In this document: positions 31,092 through 43,208 of the stretch, in pieces
Position numbering within the stretch: the stretch's first letter is position 1
How the letters are laid out: the number at the start of each line of letters is the position of its first letter
From: Escherichia phage vb_EcoM_bov9_1
Sequence record: MT884006.2
Strand: one strand, 5' to 3'
Length of the DNA stretch: 64,000 nucleotides
Program-made: the position numbers and the translations under genes
The notes under the pieces: generated by a model
Seen by the model: only the letters and a program-made list of their open reading frames with translations
Told to the model about the DNA's origin: nothing
Databases searched by the model: none

Positions 31092-31585
31092 AAAGTTTTA
31101 ATAACCTCTATAATATCGTCTTGAGAAAGACCGTTAATTAAAATATGATGTTCAGCTGGAGATTTAGAAATTTTAAAGCATGCCTCAACATCTTCTGCCA
31201 TATCCGATGCACTACGATTTGGATTACTAATACCAAGGCGGTGTTTTCCCGTCAAAGGATTAACGATGATATAGCATTTGCAGCTATTGATATGAACATT
31301 AGGTTGAGTCTGATTAATGAACACTTCACAATCATACTTAGCGAGTTGATTTTCTAAAAAGACTTTCATCTCTTCAACCGCATCAGGAAGCATATCACGG
31401 GCTTGCTCAAGACGACGATTTCGATATTCTTTAATGGTCGTTTTCCGCTTGACTTGCTTAGCTAAATCTTTCTTAAGATCGGTGATATATCCAACTCGAC
31501 GATTTCCTTTAAATACAGAAATCCCATCTGTAGTATCACCGTATGCTTCAACGACCATTTCAGTAGTAATAAGCTGCAAATCCAT
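31082..31585 (-). CDS. alc: Alc, inhibitor of host transcription on cytosine DNA
   Basis: 167 aa from second ATG; MDLQLITTEMVVEAYGDTTDGISVFKG matches T4 Alc. Confidence 0.85.
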   Translation of the reverse strand: MDLQLITTEMVVEAYGDTTDGISVFKGNRRVGYITDLKKDLAKQVKRKTTIKEYRNRRLEQARDMLPDAVEEMKVFLENQLAKYDCEVFINQTQPNVHINSCKCYIIVNPLTGKHRLGISNPNRSASDMAEDVEACFKISKSPAEHHILINGLSQDDIIEVIKTLCM

Positions 31586-31616
31586 CATAAAGTCCTCATG
31601 TTATGTCAGTAAGACT

Positions 31617-31646
31617 ACTATAACACAACACGAGGGACTTGTAAAC
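31617..31646 (-). promoter_or_regulatory. Early promoter for alc
   Basis: Minus strand GTTTACA - 17 nt - TATAGT, TGT extended -10, then GAGGA site. Confidence 0.55.
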
Positions 31647-31649
31647 AGC

Positions 31650-33230
<1,581 letters not shown>

Positions 33231-33237
<7 letters not shown>

Positions 33238-33260
33238 AATAAAATGGGCCTTACGGCCCA
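33231..33260 (-). terminator. Hairpin with U-tract between nrdB and denA
   Basis: ugggccGUAAggccca then UUUUAUUAUG overlapping denA start. Confidence 0.45.
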
Positions 33261-33264
33261 CTCC

Positions 33265-34443
33265 TTAAAAGTATTTTTTAAAACTCATCATAACTTTATC
33301 ATCAACATCATTATCAATCTGTGCAACAAGATAAGATGACAGTTCTACTTCTTGTGGCGCGGATTGAACATTATCAGAATTAAGATATTCACGAATCCAA
33401 GGATATGGATGTTTAACCGGAGCATCGGTAATTGGGCATGGAAGACCGCACTGTTTCATACGAGATACAGTTAAGTAATCAATAAAGCTCCACATGCTAT
33501 TTGTATTTAATCCAGGAACATCGCCATCTTTAAATAAATGAACTGCCCAATCTTTTTCTTGGCGGTTAACTTCCATGAAAATATCAACTGCTTCTTGTTC
33601 ACACTCTTGAGCAATTTTAACCCATTCATCGCCATCAGTACCAGATTGAAGTTGACGAATAATATATTGGGTGCCTTTAAGGTGAAGCTGTTCATCGCGT
33701 GCAATGAACTTCATAATCTTGGCATTACCTTCCATGATTTCCATGTTTTTATGGAAGTTAAAGGTACATGCGAAAGATACATAAAAACGAATAGCTTCCA
33801 ATGCGTTGATTACATGCAAACAGAGGTAAAGAGATTTCATTAGCTCATGCTTCCAATATGTCTCATGCTCAATAGCATCTTCAATAACGTCTTCGTCTGC
33901 ATTAATTTCTTTTTGGTATTCGATATCAGCTTTAGCGTTTTCCCAATAACGAGTTTTAATCAGAACATCATCATAATAACGTCCAATGGATTCAGCACGT
34001 TTCATAATAGCTTCATCTAATACAATTTCATCAAATACCTTCGATGGATCAGTATAAAGATTTCGCATGATATGTGTATATGAACGGCTGTGAATAGTTT
34101 CACTAAAAGTCCACGTAGCAACCCATGTATCAAGGCTTGGGTCTGAAATTAATGACATAAGTACAGCAGACGGCGCACGACCCTGAATGCTATCCAAAAG
34201 TGATTGATACTTCAGGTTATTAGTAAAAATATTTTGCTGATACTGAGGAAGCTTATTAAACTGTGCAGCATCCATCATTAAGTTTACTTCTTCAGGCCGC
34301 CAGAAAAATGATAATTGCTTTTCGGTCAAATCTTCAAAAACTTTATGGCGTTGAATATCATAACGCGCAATACCAAGACCTGAACCAAAAAACATAGGTT
34401 CTTTTAAAACATCAACTGGATTTGTATTAAAAACTGTAGACAT
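33265..34443 (-). CDS. nrdB: Ribonucleotide reductase small subunit NrdB, uninterrupted
   Basis: 392 aa from ATG 34443 (TAATG coupling to upstream ORF); continuous ORF, no intron. Confidence 0.9.
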   Translation of the reverse strand: MSTVFNTNPVDVLKEPMFFGSGLGIARYDIQRHKVFEDLTEKQLSFFWRPEEVNLMMDAAQFNKLPQYQQNIFTNNLKYQSLLDSIQGRAPSAVLMSLISDPSLDTWVATWTFSETIHSRSYTHIMRNLYTDPSKVFDEIVLDEAIMKRAESIGRYYDDVLIKTRYWENAKADIEYQKEINADEDVIEDAIEHETYWKHELMKSLYLCLHVINALEAIRFYVSFACTFNFHKNMEIMEGNAKIMKFIARDEQLHLKGTQYIIRQLQSGTDGDEWVKIAQECEQEAVDIFMEVNRQEKDWAVHLFKDGDVPGLNTNSMWSFIDYLTVSRMKQCGLPCPITDAPVKHPYPWIREYLNSDNVQSAPQEVELSSYLVAQIDNDVDDKVMMSFKKYF

Positions 34444-35174
34444 TAATTTTTCCTCTTTAAAATTCTGCCGTGTTTCCAACCTGGCGGTATAATATCATCT
34501 TTACCTATAAGCGTGCATTCACTTCCATTATTAATCCATTTCTTACCACGAATTCCTTTATAATCTCTTGGTTTTATTTTGTCAAACTTTGCATCAAGTT
34601 GATATGCCCATCTAAATCCATAGGCATATTGAAATTTACCCTCAGCACAATATTTGATATTTGACCCGTTTCCATTAACTGACCGGGACGCTTCCGCGAT
34701 AGAGTGAAATGTTTCTATAAAATCCCCATCTAATGAGAATTTATGTATTTCGATAGATGGACATGCATACCTATTCACGTTTGATACATGTTGTTTAGTT
34801 TCGTTTTTATGATGCTTGCCTAACATTCCTCTAGGATGAGGATTATTTTTCCAATATTTCTTAAAGAAATCAGAATTAGCTTTAGCAAATAATTTTCTGT
34901 GCAAGCTATACAATCTGTTATTAATTCTATTACCAGCTTTATCTGTTGCCATTAACGTTAACGCAGAGGCAAGCCCAAAATGGCCTTCATTTATCTTACA
35001 TAGTAATAGATGCGCTATAAAATGTTCTCTAGCTGTTAATTCAACTAAATTTTCTTTATCATCAGAACCTCCCATGCATTTAGGGACTATATGATGTGTC
35101 TCTTTATATTCGGATAAAGGTTCCCGAGCCTGAGCTCGGGAAATTAGGTCATTATAGATTTTTTGATAATTCAT
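34443..35174 (-). CDS. Free-standing HNH endonuclease (MobE-like position between nrdA and nrdB)
   Basis: 243 aa; HNH motif HHIVPKCMGGSDDKENLVELTAREH; start overlaps nrdA stop. Confidence 0.8.
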   Translation of the reverse strand: MNYQKIYNDLISRAQAREPLSEYKETHHIVPKCMGGSDDKENLVELTAREHFIAHLLLCKINEGHFGLASALTLMATDKAGNRINNRLYSLHRKLFAKANSDFFKKYWKNNPHPRGMLGKHHKNETKQHVSNVNRYACPSIEIHKFSLDGDFIETFHSIAEASRSVNGNGSNIKYCAEGKFQYAYGFRWAYQLDAKFDKIKPRDYKGIRGKKWINNGSECTLIGKDDIIPPGWKHGRILKRKN

Positions 35175-37438
35175 TACAATTTACACGCTGCACAATCGTC
35201 GGCTTTAGGAGTTTCTATTTCATAATCATCAGTACCAGAACCATCACGGGTATTATGATAATAGAAATTTTTAATGCCATAATACCATCCGTATAGCATG
35301 TCATCAATCATTATTGACATTGGAACCTTTCCTTTTGGAAAAATCTGCGGGTCATAGTATGTATTAGCTGAAGCTGATTGACATACCCATTTCAGCATAA
35401 TAGCTACTTGCGTAAGATAAGGTTTATTACCTTTCTTAGCTAATTTCCATGTATAATCATAGAGGTCTATGTTATGCTCAATATTGGGCACGACTTGATT
35501 AAAGGAGCCCTCTTTTGATTCTTTAACAGAGACTGGTCCACGTGGAGGCTCGATACCGTTTGTACTGTTAGAAACTTGGGAAGATGACTCACATGGCATA
35601 AGTGCTGATAATGTGCTATTACGGATGCCAAAGAGCTTAAGGTCTTCCCGCAGCGACGACCAGTCACAAACGTATTTTGGAGCTGCGATTTGGTCAATCT
35701 TTTTATTGTACCAGTCGATAGGTAATTCGCCTCGAGACCAACGAGTGTCTGAATAATATTCGCAAGGTCCTTTTTCTTTGGCGAGCTTAATGGATGCTTT
35801 AATGAGTCCATACTGCAATCTCTCAAATAGTTCATGTGTTAAATCGTTAGCATCTTCATAAGAAGCAAAATTACTTGCCAGCCAAGCTGCATAGTTAGTA
35901 ACACCTACGCCAAGGTTTCGACGCTTTTTAGCTTTTTCTGCTTCAGGAACTGGATATCCTTGGTAGTCCAAAAGATTATCAAGAGCACGAACTTGGACTT
36001 CTGCCAATTCATTAATTTTATCTTGGTCTTGCCAATCGAAGTTATCTAACACAAATGCAGATAATGTACACAATCCAATTTCAGCATCAGGACTATTCAC
36101 ATCATTTGTTGGAATAGCAATTTCACAACACAAGTTACTCTGACGAATAGGTGCCTTTTCACGAATAAATGGAGTATAGTTATTCGTATTATCAATGAAC
36201 TGTACATAAATCCTTGCTGTTCCTGATCGTTCAGTCATGAGCAATTCAAACAGTTCACGGGCTTTAATACGCTTTTTGCGAATATTAGGGTCTTTTTCTG
36301 CGGCTTCGTATAATTCACGGAAACGGTCTTGGTCTTTAAAATAAGAATAATAAAGCTCGCCACCCATTTCGTGTGGACTGAACAAAGTAATGTAGTCGTT
36401 CTTTCCAAAACGTTCCATCATTAGGTCATTCAGTTGAACGCCATAATCCATATGACGGATACGGTTTTCTTCTACGCCTTTGTTATTTTTCAAAACGAGA
36501 AGATTTTCAACTTCCAAATGCCAAATAGGATAATAAGCAGTAGCAGCGCCGCCACGAATTCCACCCTGTGAGCATGATTTAACTGCAGTCTGAAAATGTT
36601 TCCAAAAAGGAATAACACCAGTATGGCGTACTTCACCTGTGCCAATCTTAGAACCTTCGGCACGAATCATACCAACGTTAATACCAATTCCAGCGCGTTT
36701 GGAGATATATTCAACAATTGAAGCAGAAGCCTTATTGATAGACTTTAATGAATCACCTGCCTCAATAACAACGCATGAACTAAACTGCCGAGTTGGAGTA
36801 CGGCAACCAGCCATAATAGGAGTTGGCAGTGAAATCTGTCGAGTAGATACTGCTTCATAAAAACGGATAACGTGTTTTAATCTATCAACAGGTTCATCTT
36901 GATGCAATGCCATTCCAATAGTCATAAATGCAAACTGTGGAGTTTCATAAATTTGACCAGTGGTTTTATCTTTAACTAGATATTTTTCTTTTAATTGCAT
37001 CGCCCCGGAATAAGTAAATTCCATATCCCGCTCATGCTTAATTTTTGATTCTAAAAATGTAATTTCTTCGGCAGAATATTTTAACAACAATTCAGGGTCG
37101 TATTTACCTTCATTTACACAGTAAGAAATATGATCAATAAATGAACGTGGTTCATACTGCCCATAAACATGCTTACGAAGAGCGAACATTAAACAGCGTG
37201 CAGCTACATATTGATAATCAGGCTCTTCAACTGAAATAGAATTCGCAGCAGCCTTAATTACAATAGTTTGAATGTCATCAGTTGTCATTCCATCACGGAG
37301 ATATGATTTAATATTTTCATATAATTCATAAGGATCTACAGATGTTCCTTCAGCTGCCCAAGATAAAACTTTAATAATTTTTTGCGGGTCAAAGCTCTGA
37401 GAAACACCACTACTTTTGATAACATTAATTAATTGCAT
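35174..37438 (-). CDS. nrdA: Ribonucleotide reductase large subunit NrdA
   Basis: 754 aa; ATP-cone N-terminus and class I catalytic core. Confidence 0.95.
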   Translation of the reverse strand: MQLINVIKSSGVSQSFDPQKIIKVLSWAAEGTSVDPYELYENIKSYLRDGMTTDDIQTIVIKAAANSISVEEPDYQYVAARCLMFALRKHVYGQYEPRSFIDHISYCVNEGKYDPELLLKYSAEEITFLESKIKHERDMEFTYSGAMQLKEKYLVKDKTTGQIYETPQFAFMTIGMALHQDEPVDRLKHVIRFYEAVSTRQISLPTPIMAGCRTPTRQFSSCVVIEAGDSLKSINKASASIVEYISKRAGIGINVGMIRAEGSKIGTGEVRHTGVIPFWKHFQTAVKSCSQGGIRGGAATAYYPIWHLEVENLLVLKNNKGVEENRIRHMDYGVQLNDLMMERFGKNDYITLFSPHEMGGELYYSYFKDQDRFRELYEAAEKDPNIRKKRIKARELFELLMTERSGTARIYVQFIDNTNNYTPFIREKAPIRQSNLCCEIAIPTNDVNSPDAEIGLCTLSAFVLDNFDWQDQDKINELAEVQVRALDNLLDYQGYPVPEAEKAKKRRNLGVGVTNYAAWLASNFASYEDANDLTHELFERLQYGLIKASIKLAKEKGPCEYYSDTRWSRGELPIDWYNKKIDQIAAPKYVCDWSSLREDLKLFGIRNSTLSALMPCESSSQVSNSTNGIEPPRGPVSVKESKEGSFNQVVPNIEHNIDLYDYTWKLAKKGNKPYLTQVAIMLKWVCQSASANTYYDPQIFPKGKVPMSIMIDDMLYGWYYGIKNFYYHNTRDGSGTDDYEIETPKADDCAACKL

Positions 37439-37755
37439 AAGTCCTCAACTTGAAAATCGTCTTTAAACAATCGGTTAACTATATGAGCTATTATATCACC
37501 ATGACACGGCTTTGGTTTACATGTGCATCCTAGCCTCATTCCACGTAAAGGCTCTAAATGTGCTTTAGTTATTTCTCCGGATTTAATTCGACGTATAAAA
37601 TCTTTTTTGAATAATTCAATGGCAGCCTCCCGGCTGCCAGCATCTTTACCGACGTAATTTCCCCAAAATGTACCACGGTGAATATTAACATCAAAGTCGG
37701 ATTTATATTTATTCACTACCCGGCATAGACGGCCCGCGCGGTAATAGTTCGTCAT
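37429..37755 (-). CDS. Hypothetical protein (nrdA.1-like position)
   Basis: 108 aa; ATG verified; Cys/His cluster CTCKPKPCH. Confidence 0.55.
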   Translation of the reverse strand: MTNYYRAGRLCRVVNKYKSDFDVNIHRGTFWGNYVGKDAGSREAAIELFKKDFIRRIKSGEITKAHLEPLRGMRLGCTCKPKPCHGDIIAHIVNRLFKDDFQVEDLCN

Positions 37756-37972
37756 ATTGTTTTTCCGTTAAAACAGTAATATCATAATAACAATCTGAAG
37801 AAGTTTTAACTGTAGAAATTTTATTGTCAAAATACTCACGAGTCATTTTATGAGTATAATATTTTTTGCCATAAATGATAATAGGCTGTTCTGGCCCTGG
37901 AACTTCTAACTCGCTTGGATTAGGAAGTGTAAAAAGAACAACACCAGAAGTATCCTTAAATCGTAAAATCAT
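37709..37972 (-). CDS. Hypothetical protein (nrdA.2-like position)
   Basis: 87 aa from ATG 37972 with GAGAGGATAT site (track used TTG 37984). Confidence 0.5.
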   Translation of the reverse strand: MILRFKDTSGVVLFTLPNPSELEVPGPEQPIIIYGKKYYTHKMTREYFDNKISTVKTSSDCYYDITVLTEKQYDELLPRGPSMPGSE

Positions 37973-37995
37973 ATATCCTCTCAATTAAATTAAAA

Positions 37996-38856
37996 TTACA
38001 CCGCCATCTTTCCTTTCAAGACACCATGGGACTGATAATCTTTGAGAACGAAATCTCGTGCTGTCATATATTCAGTTAACCAATACATTTGAGTTTCAGT
38101 ATCGCATTGACTGAATCCATTAGGCCAATTAATACTAAGTTTGCATAGATCCATAGGAGTTCTATTTAATATCTCTTTGCATTGCTCAATATGGTTAGAA
38201 TAAATGTGTGTATTACCACCCGAGAATACCAAATCGCCCGGAACTAGTTCACACATATCAGCAACAATATGCAAAAGAGCAGCATAACTCGCGATGTTAA
38301 ATGGAAGACCGAGGAAAACATCTACCGAACGTTGATACCATTGGAGGTCAAGGTATCCGTTACGCACATTAAACTGATAGAACATATGACAAGGAGGTAA
38401 TGCCATCTGCTTGAGTTCAGCTGGATTCCATGCCGACACAATTTGACGCCTATCGTTGGGAAATGTTTTAATACGATTAACAACTTCTACAATTTGATCT
38501 ACACCACCAAAATCACGCCACTGTTTTCCGTAAATTGGACCAAGTTCACCGCTATGATAACCTAAGTCTTTGGCCTGGTTTTCGTAGTTTTCATCCCAAA
38601 TTGTTTTTCCTGCAATTAAAGATCCATGAGTACGTTGACGTAAATCATTTACGTTAGTACTTCCTGATAAGAACCACAATAACTCAGAAATACATGCATT
38701 CCAGGCGAGCTTCTTAGTCGTTACTGCAGGAAAACCTTTAGTTAAATCCCAGCGTAATTTAGTACCGAACAAAGCAATTGTTCCTGTGCCTGTTCGGTCA
38801 TCAGTTTCATAGCCATTTTCAAAAATGTCTTTAATTAAATCTTGGTATTGTTTCAT
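37996..38856 (-). CDS. td: Thymidylate synthase, uninterrupted
   Basis: 286 aa continuous; MKQYQDLIKDIFENGYETDDRTGTGT; active-site PPCH; no intron. Confidence 0.95.
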   Translation of the reverse strand: MKQYQDLIKDIFENGYETDDRTGTGTIALFGTKLRWDLTKGFPAVTTKKLAWNACISELLWFLSGSTNVNDLRQRTHGSLIAGKTIWDENYENQAKDLGYHSGELGPIYGKQWRDFGGVDQIVEVVNRIKTFPNDRRQIVSAWNPAELKQMALPPCHMFYQFNVRNGYLDLQWYQRSVDVFLGLPFNIASYAALLHIVADMCELVPGDLVFSGGNTHIYSNHIEQCKEILNRTPMDLCKLSINWPNGFSQCDTETQMYWLTEYMTARDFVLKDYQSHGVLKGKMAV

Positions 38857-38900
38857 TTAGTACCTTATATAAATTATAATACATTTTATGAAGCTAATAA

Positions 38901-39248
38901 TCAATACGGTTTAGCATCAAATTTTCTTTCAATTTCAGGCGTAAAATACAATTCTTTACCACGCTTGGAAAAGCGACCAATAATATGATAATTATTCTCA
39001 TCAAACGTGATATTGCCGATATCCATAGCTTTCAACCAAATATCGATATTTCTGTCAAGCTTTATATCAAAATTCCAATACGGAGAACTATTACCGAAAA
39101 TACTACAAGCGGATTCAGTGAAACAACTGCTATAAATCTTGTCTTTAGGAACTACTAATTGATAGACGCCTTTAATAAACTGAGGACCCTGCCAATTTGG
39201 TTGTTTCGCGTCTTTTTCTAATAGAATAGGGTAATAATTAAAATTCAT
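38901..39248 (-). CDS. Hypothetical protein inserted between frd and td
   Basis: 115 aa; ATG verified; no motif recognised. Confidence 0.55.
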   Translation of the reverse strand: MNFNYYPILLEKDAKQPNWQGPQFIKGVYQLVVPKDKIYSSCFTESACSIFGNSSPYWNFDIKLDRNIDIWLKAMDIGNITFDENNYHIIGRFSKRGKELYFTPEIERKFDAKPY

Positions 39249-39267
39249 ATTTTCCGTCAGTGTTATT

Positions 39268-40094
<827 letters not shown>

Positions 40095-40102
40095 ATTATC
40101 TC

Positions 40103-40438
40103 CTAATATAAAGGATCGGGAACATATCCACTGGCTTTAATCATTTTGATTAACGTTAGCAGTCCTTTATTAACTGCTTGTGAGATTTCATTAAAAACTT
40201 CATCACTAAAAAGTTCTAGCACACCCTTCTGAACTTTTAATTTACAGCCAACAATTTCGTCATCGCCTATAGTAAATTCGTTTCCGCCAATTCCACCGAA
40301 AAACTTAATTACGCCAGTTAACTGTGTTCCACGAGAATATGGGTCGTGTGATAAAGTAATATGAGTCACCCCAGGTACAGTTTTAAATTGACAGCGGATG
40401 TTTACTTGAGCAATTCCAGTTACATGAATGTCAGACAT
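40103..40438 (-). CDS. Hypothetical protein (frd.2-like position)
   Basis: 111 aa; ATG verified. Confidence 0.55.
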   Translation of the reverse strand: MSDIHVTGIAQVNIRCQFKTVPGVTHITLSHDPYSRGTQLTGVIKFFGGIGGNEFTIGDDEIVGCKLKVQKGVLELFSDEVFNEISQAVNKGLLTLIKMIKASGYVPDPLY

Positions 40439-40448
40439 AATATTTTCC

Positions 40449-40691
40449 TCAAACAGACTTTTTCACAATTTTCCAATCAGCTTTAAACTGATCAACGTCA
40501 GAATGGTAAATCCAGAATCCTGCGCTTTCTCCATCCTCATAAAGAGGGCATCCATCGCATTCATCTTCCCATCCCATATCACGCAAAAGACGTTCAGCTT
40601 TTTCAACAAGTTCAGAATCTTTACCGATGATATTAAAATACCATTTACCTCTAACTTCTGAATCTTTAATGCTCTGACGTTGTAATCTCAT
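40449..40691 (-). CDS. Hypothetical protein (frd.3-like position)
   Basis: 80 aa; AGGAGAAT site; early promoter upstream. Confidence 0.55.
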   Translation of the reverse strand: MRLQRQSIKDSEVRGKWYFNIIGKDSELVEKAERLLRDMGWEDECDGCPLYEDGESAGFWIYHSDVDQFKADWKIVKKSV

Positions 40692-40716
40692 TTTATTCTC
40701 CTTAGTTGATAGGGTA

Positions 40717-40746
40717 ATAGTATCACACTACTACCCTTCTGTAAAC
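40717..40746 (-). promoter_or_regulatory. Early promoter
   Basis: Minus strand GTTTACA - 17 nt - TACTAT, TGA extended -10. Confidence 0.55.
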
Positions 40747-41126
40747 TACTTTTTGAAAGTTTTTCGCAAAAGTTCAATGATTTCGTCTACATTATTTTCG
40801 TCAACAATGCAGTGAATTTTTGTTACGCCAGAAACCTTGTCTTTGACTTCATCTTCTTCAGAAGTCGGTTCTTTATACTCACGAAAACAATGAAATTCAT
40901 CTTCGCAAATTTCTAAAAGTCTATCTTTGAGGTAAAAATGCTTTCCATTAGCACATTCAATATGTTTTACCGCTTTAAATCCATTAGTAAAGAAAACTTC
41001 TTTAACTTCAAACCACCCGCCATTTTCTCGAATAATTTTAACTATTGACGCGTTGGATCGTGGGCTATAATTAATAAATGTATCAATAAGTCTTGGAACA
41101 AGTTCATACTTTTTGCCAATATACAT
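40746..41126 (-). CDS. Hypothetical protein, 126 aa, possible accessory insert
   Basis: ATG verified; GAGGAAAACG site; hairpin upstream. Confidence 0.55.
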   Translation of the reverse strand: MYIGKKYELVPRLIDTFINYSPRSNASIVKIIRENGGWFEVKEVFFTNGFKAVKHIECANGKHFYLKDRLLEICEDEFHCFREYKEPTSEEDEVKDKVSGVTKIHCIVDENNVDEIIELLRKTFKK

Positions 41127-41170
41127 TACGTTTTCCTCATTTTAACGGGGCTGTAATAGCCCCTTGATAA

Positions 41171-41401
41171 TTATTGTTCAATCAGTCCCATGTAAAATTC
41201 TGCATCTTCAGAATCCATGCCGTCACAATACTCATTAGCCATAAAGCGGGTGAGGTCTTCAAGAGGACCTTCAATGACAATAGAAAAATTGCAATAATTG
41301 GGATCATCGTGAATACTTGTGATACTAAGTTCAGGATAACGATTACGAATAATTTCTTCAATATATTCAAAATCAACGATGTCAATATCAACTTTAGCCA
41401 T
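41171..41401 (-). CDS. Hypothetical acidic protein, 76 aa, possible accessory insert
   Basis: Start moved to ATG 41401 ([11 protein letters not shown]) with AGAGGAAAA site; early promoter upstream. Confidence 0.5.
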   Translation of the reverse strand: MAKVDIDIVDFEYIEEIIRNRYPELSITSIHDDPNYCNFSIVIEGPLEDLTRFMANEYCDGMDSEDAEFYMGLIEQ

Positions 41402-41435
41402 ATTATTTTCCTCTTTAATCATCAGCAGTATTGCC

Positions 41436-41505
41436 GATAGTTGTATAGTACCACAGTATGCTTTGGTTGTAAACCGTTTTGTGAAAAAATTTTTGAAATA
41501 AAAAA
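41436..41505. repeat. 70-bp exact repeat, copy 1 (contains an early promoter)
   Basis: Identical to 58059-58128; both followed by different GC hairpins. Confidence 0.8.
41445..41474 (-). promoter_or_regulatory. Early promoter inside repeat copy 1
   Basis: Minus strand GTTTACA - 17 nt - TACTAT, TGG extended -10, A/T-rich upstream element. Confidence 0.55.
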
Positions 41506-41524
41506 GGGGACCTCTAGGGTCCCC
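41480..41524 (-). terminator. Terminator after gene 32
   Basis: ggggacccUAGAggucccc then UUUUUUAUUUCAAAAAUUUUUU on minus strand. Confidence 0.65.
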
Positions 41525-41546
41525 AATTAATTAGTAATATAATCTA

Positions 41547-42455
41547 TTAAAGGTCATTCAAAAGGTCATCCAGGTCCGTGTCATCAGCACTAGATGAACT
41601 GCCAGAGCTTGAGCTCATAAAATCATCTTCAGTTTTTGTTTTGAAGTCATCAACATTGAATGCATCCAAATCATCAGCAACTTTATCAGCTTTCTTAGCG
41701 GCAGTTGCTGCGGCACCGCCCATAGCAGCAGTTCCCATAACTTGACTGAACTTAGTGTTCAGTTCTTCAAACGATTTGAATTTATCTTTAGAAGTCATTT
41801 CAGAAAGATCAACCATTTGTTCGAACAGTTCTTTCTGGAAAGATTCATCATCAATGTTTGGAATCGCAGATTGATTCAGGAATTTAGATTCGTCGTAGTT
41901 ACTAAAACCAGAAACTTGTTTAACTTTCAGTACAAAGTTAGCACCTTCCCACGGACAAGTTACATCAACCGGAGTTTCACCCATTTCAACATCAACTGCA
42001 ATCATTGCATTGATTTTATCCCAGATTTTCTTACCGAAGCGGTATTTAAATACTTTACCTTCATTTTCTGGAGCAGCTGGGTCTTTTACTACAAGAATGT
42101 TAGCCCAGTAAGAAGTTTTACGTTTAACAAGACCGTACTCTTTATTGTCAGTGTTATACAAATCATTTTTACTGATGTACTGACATACTGGACAAGAATC
42201 GTAATCACCGTGAGTAGATGAACAGTTTTCGATATACCATTTACCATTTTTCTTGAAACCGTGATTTACAAGAATTGCGAATGGTGCTTGTTCATCATTT
42301 TTAGACGGAAGAAAACGAATTACTGCTTGACCGTTACCCGCATTGTCGAGTTTCAGTTTCCACTCGCCTTTATCTTCAGAAGAAAAACCACCTTTATTTC
42401 CAGCCAGTTTAGCCATTTGTGCAGCGAGTTCAGCAGTAGATTTACGTTTAAACAT
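41547..42455 (-). CDS. 32: gp32 single-stranded DNA-binding protein
   Basis: 302 aa; [50 protein letters not shown]; zinc ligands and acidic Ser/Asp tail. Confidence 0.95.
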   Translation of the reverse strand: MFKRKSTAELAAQMAKLAGNKGGFSSEDKGEWKLKLDNAGNGQAVIRFLPSKNDEQAPFAILVNHGFKKNGKWYIENCSSTHGDYDSCPVCQYISKNDLYNTDNKEYGLVKRKTSYWANILVVKDPAAPENEGKVFKYRFGKKIWDKINAMIAVDVEMGETPVDVTCPWEGANFVLKVKQVSGFSNYDESKFLNQSAIPNIDDESFQKELFEQMVDLSEMTSKDKFKSFEELNTKFSQVMGTAAMGGAAATAAKKADKVADDLDAFNVDDFKTKTEDDFMSSSSGSSSSADDTDLDDLLNDL

Positions 42456-42546
42456 TTTTATTTCCTTTTTAATTTAATTAACAGTTGGTGCTATGACGAT
42501 GTATGACCTCATAGCTGGTCAGTGAGATAATTATAATCTATTTATA
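42456..42546 (-). promoter_or_regulatory. Gene 32 leader: late promoter plus UUAAA-repeat translational operator
   Basis: Minus-strand TATAAATA (42539-42546); leader ends UUAAUUAAAUUAAAAAGGAAAUAAAAAUG as in the T4 gp32 operator. Confidence 0.5.
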
Positions 42547-42554
42547 ATAAGCAA

Positions 42555-43208
42555 TTAATACTTACAAGATTTCACAGTTTCAATGAAAACATTTTTAGCT
42601 TTCTGTGAATCAATATTTAAAATTTTTCTATAAGCCTTTAACTTTATAGAATAATTATTCCAGACTAAATTATCAGTCTGTTCATCATGTTTATCAATTA
42701 TATTTAAAAACGAATCAAGCAAGATAAACGTTTCAAACGAAATTATGTTCGATTGAAGCAGTTTAAAAATATAACTTGATTGAACTTTTGGATTATATTC
42801 AAAGATTTCTTTAAAAGCAGAAACTTCAACTTTTTTACTAAAATAATAAATGTTGCGAATATCTTCTTCAAACTTAAATTTAATTTGCTTTAAGCGTCCG
42901 ATATATTCACGATAAAACACAAGTGCATCAGCGTCAGAGATGTCACCAATCCAAGCATCTTGGTTAGCAACCAAATTACTTATAAAGATTAAAGCAAGTT
43001 CCTTTAATTTATATTTTTCTGATAACTTCTGGAAAAAATACTTATCCCTTCGCTTTTGATAAGCGGCATCAGACACCCGCATGCACCAATTATACTTAAT
43101 AACATCATACTTTCCATTCATATGTTGTTTTATCATTAAGTATAATTTATAAACTGATTTACCATCAATGTATCTTTCACCACCAGCAGGCATGCGGAGT
43201 TTAATCAT
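42555..43208 (-). CDS. 59: gp59 helicase loader
   Basis: 217 aa; MIKLRMPAGGERYIDGKSVYKLYLMIKQHMNGKYDVIKYNWCMRV. Confidence 0.92.
   Translation of the reverse strand: MIKLRMPAGGERYIDGKSVYKLYLMIKQHMNGKYDVIKYNWCMRVSDAAYQKRRDKYFFQKLSEKYKLKELALIFISNLVANQDAWIGDISDADALVFYREYIGRLKQIKFKFEEDIRNIYYFSKKVEVSAFKEIFEYNPKVQSSYIFKLLQSNIISFETFILLDSFLNIIDKHDEQTDNLVWNNYSIKLKAYRKILNIDSQKAKNVFIETVKSCKY

Noticed and set aside
37996-38856. Possible group I introns with homing endonucleases in td and nrdB (as in T4)
   Set aside because: Both reading frames are uninterrupted and full length, so no intron is present.
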